Below, in pieces: positions 26,274 through 37,066 of a stretch of DNA of 64,000 nt. The DNA is taken from the NCBI RefSeq assembly GCF_026571515.1, contig NW_026852595.1, forward strand, positions 62,001 through 126,000, read 5' to 3'. The translations under genes were made by a program, and so were the position numbers. The DNA comes from Ruditapes philippinarum. Lineage: Eukaryota. The number at the start of each line of letters is the position of its first letter. Within the stretch, counting starts at the first letter, position 1. Under the pieces are notes generated by a model, which saw only the letters and a program-made list of their open reading frames with translations, made no database searches and had not been told where the DNA came from.

Positions 26274-27273
26274 CTACATAGCGAGGTCAAAAGAAAAGAA
26301 AAGGCCCTGTGACCAACTCATCATAGTTTCTTTGCATTTCTTTATGACTGACGTCACTTGATATTCGTCAGCGATGCTCACGACCTGTAGGACATTTGTT
26401 TCTAGAGAGAAAAACAACAACAAAAAAAAAAAAAAAAACAGATAAAATGATTGAAAAGAAAATGCATTAGATGTATGAGATGTCAAGTAAATGGTTATGT
26501 GACATTCTGTTGACTCTTGATCTCTTGATATGAGTTACTATCATAGTCTTCCGTTTTTTATACCAAAACTTTCATCTTTTAAAATAACACCAGGCGGGGC
26601 AACGCTCGACTTCTTTTTCTTTTTAACGAGCAAACAAATAAAAGGTTTTAACAAATCTTTGAAAAATAAATTACATTAAAGAAAGAAAATTTCTTATGTT
26701 TTTTATTTTAATAGATCTGTCTCGTCGCTATTGTTGTTTTGTCCAAGTATAAAATCCTTTCGATAAATAAATGACAAAGTTAAGAAAACAAAAGAGCTAA
26801 AATGACCAGCACTCGCTCGCATTAAAATTGTTCTTAGAAGATATTTATTCATTAAATGGTCATTATCGTTTTTCCCAAAAATAAATTAATTTTTTGCAAT
26901 TATATTAGAATGTTATTATATAAAATAATTTATTAAATTCTGATCTTCTTTATATTTTATATGTGATATGTTTAAACTAACCTGTAATCGGTTTGGAAAT
27001 TCTCGGGTGAATGCATAGCAGAAATTCGAGAAAATCATCGTAATTTTTCCCTGTCAATGAAACGAGGTTTTCCTTTTTCTCCTGCCAGTCATGATCAAAC
27101 ATTGCCTTGAAAACAGGCGAAGCGTATCGTAGAAAGTTTTTCGAAACATAAAGTTTGTTGCTGTTATCAAACACCAACGTAATCTCATTATCAAATTCTC
27201 CACTTTCTGTAAATGCTTCAGTCATATCGAATATGTTTTTAATGCTATTTTCTAATCCCTCGTCACCGCTCAT
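26274..27273 (-). CDS. BTB/POZ gene copy A, C-terminally truncated (about 139 aa, open frame)
   Basis: Exons 26982-27273 and 26274-26401. BTB motifs ITLVF..LYVSKNFLRYASPVFKAMF..GKNYDDFLEFLLCIHP..ADEYQV..C. Homology to the paralogues ends at about 26305 because of a deletion. Confidence 0.8.
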
Positions 27274-27888
27274 TTTTAATAGTTTTAATTACTTCCGTTT
27301 TCAATTCAATTTTAACAGAAAGATACTGTTTATGAAAAACACATAAAAGGTATAAATTCAAATTTTATAAAGAAATTGAATTTTGTTCAAATCATCTGAA
27401 AAATTACTTCCGGTTTCAAATTGAACACCCCAGTATAATATCAAAGATTGACGGAAAGGACGAATAGTTGCGATTGAAAAAATCTATTTATATAATTATC
27501 ACTACAAATGCACTCAAGGTTGAATCCATGTTTGTTATAATAGGATATGAGTAAAATACCTGACTTGAAATTGATAGGTTAAAAGTTTAAAAATGCTGTC
27601 GTTATGTGACAAAGTTAAACAATCGTTATGGATTTATATTCGACTGCAAAATGGTGTAAAGGACTTTATGTCGAAAGCTTTTTAGTTGAAACTTCCTTAC
27701 TGATAGATAGTATATTTGTTTTTTAATAATAGTTCATAATATAGTTATATGCTGGTAATAAAGTTTGAATTGTATTCACTCATTGCTTTCTTAGAATTTT
27801 AAAAGCAGTTTTATAAACACTATTCTGTTACATTTTTTATATGAATACATGCATTATGATGATAAAGGTGTCTTTCAAAATAACAGTT

Positions 27889-28110
27889 ACCGCCTCCGTG
27901 GTCGAGGGGTTACAGTCGATGACTTCTTATCCAGTAACCTTTCTGGCGTGGGTTCGATCCCCGGGACATGCTTTGGTAGTTTGACACAGAGAAAGGTAGT
28001 CTAGTACTGATGTAACTCTCCAGTAACGATGATTAGGAAACTACTCGCCTATATGACTGAAATACTGTTGGGAAAAGGCCTAAAATGAAACAAAGAAACA
28101 AACAAACAAA
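27889..28110 (+). mobile_element. tRNA-derived SINE, second family
   Basis: A box ccgtggtcgagggg, B box gggttcgatccc, 3' atatgactgaaatactgttg plus (CAAA)n tail; flanked by aaa(a/t)taacag on both sides. Confidence 0.8.
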
Positions 28111-28794
28111 TTAACAGAAACAGTCACTTCTAACGACTATTTCACCTCATTTTTAAATTCTCTGTGAAAGGTATTTATACTTCATTATTGTCTTCTAGGC
28201 TTGATTTGTAAACGACACTCATTATGAAATGTCAGTTGTGCACTTGTATTTACAAATCGTATAGGAAAGCATATTCTGGGATTCAGGCGTTGATAATTTT
28301 TGCTTATTCATGATAATACGCGCTGTTTCATACTCAATCGTTTTTTGATAATATTAACTAATGTCGATAATATTAACTTCTGCCGAACAGAAGTACACAA
28401 AAATCGAGGCTAAGGAAAGCATTTTTATGGCCAATTCTATATTCCTTGATAACATGGTGAAGATCTGTGTCCTGGCGTTTAATAAGAATTTCCACTCTGT
28501 TGAAAATAGAATGACATTTCAACACCAGAACGTTTGATATAAATATAAGATCTCATGTTTATATTTAAACATCGGATCAAATCGATTTTGAAATCAATGC
28601 ACTTAAATATAAACTTTATGTTTTGAAGATACTACTGGAGTATTCTACGTATATTGACTAAAAATGCGAAAGCCTTTGATCTACAAATAAGCGCTAAGTC
28701 GCGATTTAGAAAACTGAATTTTGTTAAATAGATATCAACGATTATTACGTGCCATGAAAGGCATAATAGCAAGTAAAAGTTTAACATCTTTTTT

Positions 28795-29040
28795 CACAAG
28801 TGGTTAAGGTTGTTCACTTCAAACAACTTTAAAAGTTGCCCCTCAACTAAGTGGGTTCAAATCTCGTCAATGTCTTTCTTTTCTGGAAGCTATCCAGCTA
28901 GTTTATAAAACGTTGGTGGAACGACTAGTTCGTGCCGGAAATATTAGGCGTACGGAGCACTCGAGGTCTTCCTCCTCCAATTAAGCTGGAAAGTCGCCAT
29001 GTGACCTTTACTGTGTTTGAGCGACGTAAAACCTAACAGG
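28795..29040 (+). mobile_element. Decayed Meta-type SINE copy
   Basis: Similar to 1289-1580. Further decayed copies lie at about 25105-25310, 37770-37880, 42130-42350, 48980-49190, 49470-49590, 55010-55115 and 57985-58035; several were co-duplicated with the BTB units. Confidence 0.8.
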
Positions 29041-30792
29041 AAATGATATTAAGTTCATTCATAATATGCTTGTTGACAATATATGTTAAGAATTGTAAAT
29101 CTTTATTTCATTTTTGTAACTGAAACGCACGATCTTTGCTATATTTCTTGCAGGAACGATTTGTGATGAAATGTTTAGTGGTTTAAAGCGTTACGTTGTT
29201 TTCCGTTAGGTGACGTCCAGATAGATAACGATTGATAATTTGCAATATGAAATAACCAAATCCTATAGCACTGTTGTCATTAAAAACAATCTAAGGAAAA
29301 GGCAAGTATTACTTCGAGATAAAGTAAATGGAGATCTTGATTATTTTATCTTTCAAATGCTTATGACTTCGTTTCATTAAGGTTTATATTTTACTCAAGT
29401 TCATTTAGTGTAGGAAGAATTAGTATCGAGTGGAATTGTCACAAACACCAACATTAGGATTGACGGACACATATGCAATTCTTGTTACAACCTTGCCTTG
29501 CTATAAAGCGAACTGAAAGGAAAGATTGGTAGTCTCGCGGCAAGAAACAAACTGGATAGAGCAGATCCAGAACGATTTTTAGCAGCATTTATTTCGGTAG
29601 GGTTCATTGATAGTAGACGCTCGATGAGGTTTTCTATTTATTCATGCACGAGAGGAACATATTAAAAAAAAGAATTTACAAGACAAACAACAAGGAGCAA
29701 TATTTTACAACAGAAAATTCATAAATTACATATTTCACAATTACAATGATGCTTTGAATGCAATGTGTGAAGCAATCAGTTATTACGAAATGTTAAAGCT
29801 ATCCCAGAACCAAATCAGGTAAAAAAACTTTCGTGCAAAATCAATCATCTTTGCCTTTCAGAATGGAGAATTAAATACAGATGATAACAAAATAATAAAT
29901 ATAAAGGATATAGAGATTGAAATACTTTCTTCAAGTACAAAGCTCGGAATAGTGCGTAGGCTTCTGCGGGGTAAACAGTGTTCGGAATATTTCTCTTACG
30001 AAAAAAACCGTAGCTCTATTGTATTGCCAGGAAAGAGTCAAGAAAAAAGAAAAAGAAATCTTTATCAAGACACAAATCGAATACCATTCGGGCTGAATGG
30101 CAATTTCTAGCATTTTTGAAATTCCAATAGTTGTATTTTAAACTAAAATTTGTCGGATAACCATGTTATATGTTCCGGAAATATTTCGGTCCATTCTGTT
30201 ATGTGAACGGAATATGCATCGTGGATAACCGTCGGTTGTACTGAACTTATTAATGTCAATGATTAGTTAGCGAAACGTTTATCTATTGTTTAAGTGATGA
30301 TACAACTAAAAAAAATGTAATTATAAATGGGTAAAATAAAAAAAGTATATTGAACTACTTCTATATCTAACTGAGTGACAATTGAAATAAATGTCTAAAA
30401 TTATTCTGACGATATTGTTAATATGGTTGAATCACATATGTTCGATTCCTACAGCAAAAGTACAGACGTCTATTTTTACAATGGCTTTCGCTTTACTCTC
30501 AATACAATAGCCTCACGCCTTTCTTTCTGTCAGCTTTAATAAAACATTGCAAATAACACATTATGATAAAAGAAGTCTTGTTTCAAAATAATCTTCACTT
30601 TTCATATTATGGTAACATAATGCAAACATATGAAAAAAAACATATACATGTACTTTACTTTTCAAAATAATGAACGACAATGCATGCACATTTATTTATA
30701 TATTTATTCTTTAATTATCTATCACAAATGTGAAATTTGAAAATTATCTTAGCCAGTGTCAAATACCAGTATTTTATTTATGTCATTCACAT

Positions 30793-32073
30793 TTAGTATT
30801 TTAGGTTAGTTTCATCATTTAAATGAAGCAATCGTTCAGCTACTATTTTGTATTTAATTTCGAAAGGAAGGTTTTGAAACATTTTCATACAGTCCATTTT
30901 TATATCACCAAAAGTTTCATCTCCCGTTTTATCGGAAGGAGAAGGTTGGTTCTTAATGTGCATTTTTTGTGATTCTTTTTGTCCTGTATTATAAAGAATG
31001 TGTCCGAACTTTGCTATAGATTTTACTGCAAACTTCACTAAATCATTATAGCTTAATTCATGTACTTTTGCCACTATTCGAAGACAGGGTCTGAGGTATT
31101 CTGCGTGGTAGAGATAATGATTACCCTTTGCTCTCGCCTGATCAAATGACGCCTGTAACCAACTTATCATATATTCTTTGCACTTTTTTATGACTGATGT
31201 TACTTGATATTCGTCAGCAATGCTCACGATCCGTAGGACGTTTGTTTCTAGAAAAAAAAATTGTACCCAAAGTATAGACTATCTTTAAAAAAATGGAACC
31301 ACCGCCAGGCGGGGGCAACGCTCGACTTTATCTTTTTTAAGAGCAAACAAATAAACGGTTTAAAGAAATCTTCAAAAAGTAAATTAAAGAAAATAAATAA
31401 CATTTTTGCCTTTTTTATTGTTATAGGTTTGTCTCGTCGCAGTTGCTGTTTTGTCCAAGTATGAATCCTTTCGATAAATAAATGACAAAGTTAAGACAAC
31501 AAAAGAGCTAAAAATGACCAGCACTCGCTCGCATTTAAAAATTGTTCTTAGAATATATTTATTTATTAAATTGTCCTTATCGTTTTTTCCAAAAATAGTA
31601 AACTAACTTTTTGCAATAGTATTATTTAATAATCTATCAAATTCTGATCTTCCTTACATTTTACATGTGATATGTTTGAACTAACCTGTAATCGGTTTTA
31701 AAATCCTCGGGTGAATACAAAGCAAAAATTCGAGAAAATCGTCGTAATTTTTCCCTGGCAATGACACGCTGTTTTCCTTTTTCTCCTTGCAGTCATGATC
31801 AAACATTGCCTTGAAAACAGGTGAGGCGTATCTCAGAAAGTTTTTTTAAACATAAAGTTTGTTGCTGTTATCAAACACTAACGTAATCTCATCATCACAT
31901 TCTCCACTTTCTGTAAATGCTTCAGGCATATCGGTTATGTAACTACAGCTTGATTCTGGTTCCTTACTTTTTGTGAATGCTTCAGACATATCGGTGATGT
32001 TGATAGTTCTAATACTTGATTTCTCTTTTTCCATGACTTTTTCATATCTGCCAAATTCCTCGTCACTGCTCAT
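30793..32073 (-). pseudogene. BTB/POZ gene copy B, in-frame nonsense codon
   Basis: Exons 31686-32073 and 30793-31247. KLYV*KNFLRY: TAA at 31846-31848 replaces Ser and the frame is otherwise intact. Confidence 0.85.
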
Positions 32074-32827
32074 TCTTAATATTTCAATAAAGTCCCCTTG
32101 TCTATCTCAGTTGAATGAATATTATTGATGAATAATAAAACAATTTATGAATGCAAAATTCAAAGAGAAATTGAAAAAAAAACTTATCTGAAAATACTTT
32201 CGATTTCAAATATTTTTGGCTTTTCCAATCGTTCATTTTTCCAAACATTTACTCGGAACAACACGCAGACTATCATTAATAATATAAAAAAAATGTTTTA
32301 AAATGCCGAAAAGTTGTGATTGAAAAATATTTATTTATCAGTACAAATGTATTCATTCAATTTAAAGTTTATAGATTGTATTGATTTGTAACGGATATGT
32401 CTTGAAATTGATAGGTTCAAAACTTAAAAAGAATAATGCCAAGGCGTAATATGATCAAGTATAATATGTAAAACAATCGTTATTGTTTTATATCCCACTA
32501 AAATGGGTAGAAAATGACTATTTTTTAAATGGTTTGATAGCTTTTTAGTTTATTCAGCCTTGTAAAAAGTAATGTTTTTGTTTTTAGGTAGTAGTTCAGA
32601 ATGTAGATATGTTGTTTAAAAAAGTTAAAATTGTATTCACTCATTGCTTTCATAGAATTTTAAAACAATTTTATAAACACTATGCTGTAATATTTCTGAT
32701 AGGAATGCATGCATATTGATGGTATAGGTTCTATTTTAAACGAAAAAAATGCTTGACAGAAATATTACACAATTATTTAATATCAAAATAGCAACGCTCG
32801 TCGATACATTGTAATACAATGCACTCA

Positions 32828-33571
32828 TTAAATGAATCAATGTATAGTCTGATTTTATTGACCTGTCAATTTTGAGTACATTATAGCACTCATTTAAATA
32901 TTCACACCAGCTTAATGCATTGGCCATGTCAAATCCGCGATAGCACAGACGGTAGAGTGATTGTCTAATATATAAGGGGTGTGTAGTTCGATCCCTACTT
33001 TTGCCGTTGTTATAAGGCCTACTCTTTTTCTTTATTTTTGCAGCATATTTTCATGAAAATGGCCGGGTGCTTCCAATATTGTCTACACATATATGAATCA
33101 ACAAAGAAATATTCTCAATTTGTATAGTGTTTAACGCCATTGAAACGACATTTTCTAATTTTGATCCGAATTCATTATGAATTTTAATTCTGAAAGCATG
33201 TTATTTAAAAGGAGTTTAATTGCTAAACATATTTAATCAACACGAACAACATAACAAGCAATTATAGCTTCGATAATGTTGAAATATTTATAAGAAGAAA
33301 AAAACAACATTGGAGGTACGCGGTCTCGATCTCACAACACGTAGGACACTTAGAAATCATTAACCTGTAACTTACCCTATACCACTATACCGCTCAGTAT
33401 AATTGCTCCATAGGCACAAATTATATTTAATCAAATCTCACGGAGTACATCTCACGGAAATTACCGAAAATCTTTCGAAGATTAATATATTGTGTGCATT
33501 GACCGTGTAATTAGTATTAAATTGACAGGTTAATAAAACCAAACATTAACTACGTATGATACCACTCTTAA
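32828..33571. mobile_element. TTAA-flanked non-autonomous element with TIRs (Kolobok/piggyBac-like target)
   Basis: TTAA at 32828-32831 and 33568-33571. Subterminal inverted repeats ttttattgacctgtcaattt / aaattgacaggttaataaaa. Two internal tRNA-like segments. Confidence 0.6.
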
Positions 33572-34269
33572 ACACAGACTTTCAAAATAACAGAAAACAA
33601 ACAGATAAATAAATAAATTAATAAAACTCTTCTACTCTTACTCTTCTTTACATGCTTTAACGGCATTGTCGGAATATACACTACATGTATATTTAATATT
33701 AACCGATACTTGTACTGTGCCGCTATGATAATGTGAGAGTGACGTTGCATTTTTTTTTGTGTACACAAAAGTTTACAATCTTTATCGGAATAGGTAAAAC
33801 AGTTTATTTAGAAGCGAATAAAGTACAAGATAAAAAACTAAATGTCAACTTAATTTTACTCACGAGTTCGAGCCTCACAAGTTGTCTAACTTTGTCTTTT
33901 TTTTCACTATTTTTTCCCGATATTTCTAAAGATGCAAACGAATTGTAAAATACAGGTAGTTTTGTTATAATATTTTATAATTTAAATATACTTTATCCTG
34001 TGTAGTGAGTAGTATGCAGTAGTCGTTGTACTTGTGCAGTGCACGAGTATTTCGTGCCACTTGAACTTTAGTTTTAACAATTTGTGTACATGTATTCATT
34101 CTGTTTCTTATTCAGTATAAGGTTGTACCAACTTGCTAGATATCATTTTTGAAAAAAAGTGAAAAGGGAAGATAATAGAAATTAAAACAACACTTAACAC
34201 TTTCTTACGTCAAGAAAAAATCAAGTTTACTCGTATTTGATTGTTTATTGCTATTTGTGTTTACTTTTT

Positions 34270-37066
34270 TTTTGTCAATAGGCCAAGATTTTATCAATTA
34301 ATCGCTTCGATTTACAGCAAAAAATAAATTCGGATTCATGAACTCCTTCCGATTTCTATTATATTGGTTTCCCCTTCGGTGATTCGCAACATGTCATATT
34401 AATGGATGAGAACCGGAAAGCAGTTCTGCTGTACATGAATTCGAAAGCTATAAATAGCTATGTAGTAGGGCAGGTTGTTTCCCTTTCTTTGTATATAAAT
34501 AAATGTTCTGGTTTTTGACACTTAAGTTATAAATTTGTTATTTCCCTTTTTTAGTAGTACATGAAATTATAATTTGTTACATTTTGAATTACATTTACAC
34601 ACATCATATCAAGTATACTATTAGTGATTGAATTTGTCAATATAAAGAAGATTTCAGGTATAAGACTTTAATAATTTTACTTTTGATAATTATTCTTAAT
34701 TTATATTTACGAAACTAAATGTTTAAAATAACATGTTGATATATTGGGTTGTATAACTTTAGTATATAAGGCATCATTGGTAGCAAAGGTTACAAAGACA
34801 CGTTGCCGCCCCTTCTCCTATCTAACTTTATTAGGTGTTCTTTTATTAAAAGTAAATATATTTCTCATTGAAAGTTCTTTGATTTAAATTTGGTAATTAT
34901 TACAAATAAAAGGAAGAATTTATTGTTTGTCAGATAATTCATAGTTTGATAAATTGAAGTTTGTACATTTAAATAAAGAAAATTGTCATATATAATTCTG
35001 TATTAAACAAATTAGAACTGGAAACTTGGAGTTTTTGTTATTTCCTACAGTAAAGGTTCAGTATTATAGAGACGAAGTAAGTCCAACTTCAGGCTCTATA
35101 TAAAGCAGTAGCAGAAAAAGGGAGAGAAACTTGCGAAGCCAGGTTGTGAAAGTTTTGCAACCTGTCGCCTCGAAAAGTTGCCCTCTCCTACTACAGCTAG
35201 ATGACATTAACATTGTGAAAGTCGGACAATCTATTTATAGAAGTAGTTTTGGTCTAAACGAAATGGTCATTCGTGTCGCATTATGGTAATAAGTAACAAA
35301 CTTTTCGAAAACATTTAAGTAGGCCATTTTTTAGAAATATTATATTATAGTGTTATCATTTTGAAATTGTCTTTTCCGTAGGTGCTTTCCGGTACATAGC
35401 ACTTTTCTTTTTTACCGCCCTGATTGCTGATTGCACTTATGACATCTTTTTGAAATTCATCGCATTTTTTCATTCCAGAGTGTGTTCTATTTTCAGTATT
35501 GAAAGAAACCATTTTTTAATTTTACATAAAAAAGCATGTAATATTACTATATTATAATATAAGTCCCTTTTGTTACTATTTGTATATTTGATTCAGAGAT
35601 AATAATAAAAAAACAGATTTTGATATTTTTATCATCTAATGTTACTGACTACAGTAGTGACACAAACAGAACACAGTACAGCCATGTCACATTTACAAGT
35701 CGTGTAAGTCTTGTTTGTATTCAATGGAAACACTTTCCTTACCAGGTAGGCATCAGTGAAAGTATTATTTTAAATTAAATATCTAGCCTCTCTTTTTAAA
35801 TATGGACAGTGCATAAGATAAGTATAATTATGCAAAAAATGGTTTACAAAACATTCGGAAAAACATATCTACAATAGTACTTAATCAGAATATAACATGA
35901 CCTGTGCGTAGGAATAATTTGGTAAGATATCTGCAATAAGCACATTTTTTGTTTTGCGCGAAGCTTCTCAATTGCTGCATTGCAGCAACATTTGTACTTG
36001 TATACAGAAATTATTTCGCGAAAAAAGTACATTCCGAACCAGTCTGCATTGATTGCACCGCAGAGCTATTTGTGTTTACTATTTTTTTTGTCCATGGGCC
36101 TGGATTTGATCATTTAATTCATTCGATTTACAGCTAAAACTAAATCCGCATCCAAGAACTCCTTTCGATTTCTATATTGTTTTCCCCTTCGGTGATTCGC
36201 AACATGTCATATTAATGAATCAGAACAGGTAAGCAGTTCTGCTGTACATGAATTCGAAAGCTATAAATAGCTACATAGGTTATACATTTGTTATTTCCCT
36301 TTTTTAGTAGTACATCATATTATGATTTGTTACATTTTGAATTAATTTACACAAAGCATATCAAGTATACTATTAATGATTGAATTTGTCAATATAAAGA
36401 AGATTTCATGTATAAAACTTTAATAATTTTGCTTTTGATATTATATTAATAAACACTGTATCACCTTGTAACGCGTGTATAACAAACAAAAAATTCCTGA
36501 ATTTGGTCCTTTTGAAATTCATCCCATTTTTTTCATTCCAGAGTGTGTTCTACTTTCAGTATTGAAAGAAACCATTTTTTTTTAATTTGACATGAAAAAA
36601 CTGCCTGTAATATTAGTATATATTAATATTAGTCCCTTTTGTTACTATTTGTATATTTGTTACAATTATAATAATAAAAAACAGCAGACTTTGATATTTT
36701 TATCATATTATGTTACTGACTACAGTAATGACACAAACAGAACATAGTACAGTCATGTCACATTTACAAGTCTTGTAAGTCTTGTTTGTATTCAATGGAA
36801 TTACTTTTCTTACCAGGTAGGCATCAGTGAAAGCATTCTTTTATTTAAAATATCTTTCCCCTCTTTTTAATTATGGACAGTGCATAAGATAAGTCTAATT
36901 ATGCAAAAAATGGTTTACAAAACATTCGGGAAAAATCTACAATAGTACTTAATCTGAATATAACATGACCTGTGCGTAGGAATAATTTGGTAAGGTATAT
37001 GTAATGAGCGAATTTTTTGCGCGGAGCTTCTCAATTGCTGCATTGCAGCAACATTTGTACTTGTAT
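34270..37066. repeat. Local tandem segmental duplication
   Basis: About 34270-34690 matches 36095-36440, and about 35445-36003 matches 36508-37066, at high identity. About 750 bp is present only in the first copy. Confidence 0.9.

Noticed and set aside
31846-31848. Stop-codon readthrough or recoding as the explanation for in-frame stops
   Set aside because: The stops fall at different positions and replace different residues in different copies, and TAA is the normal terminator here; ordinary nonsense mutation is simpler.
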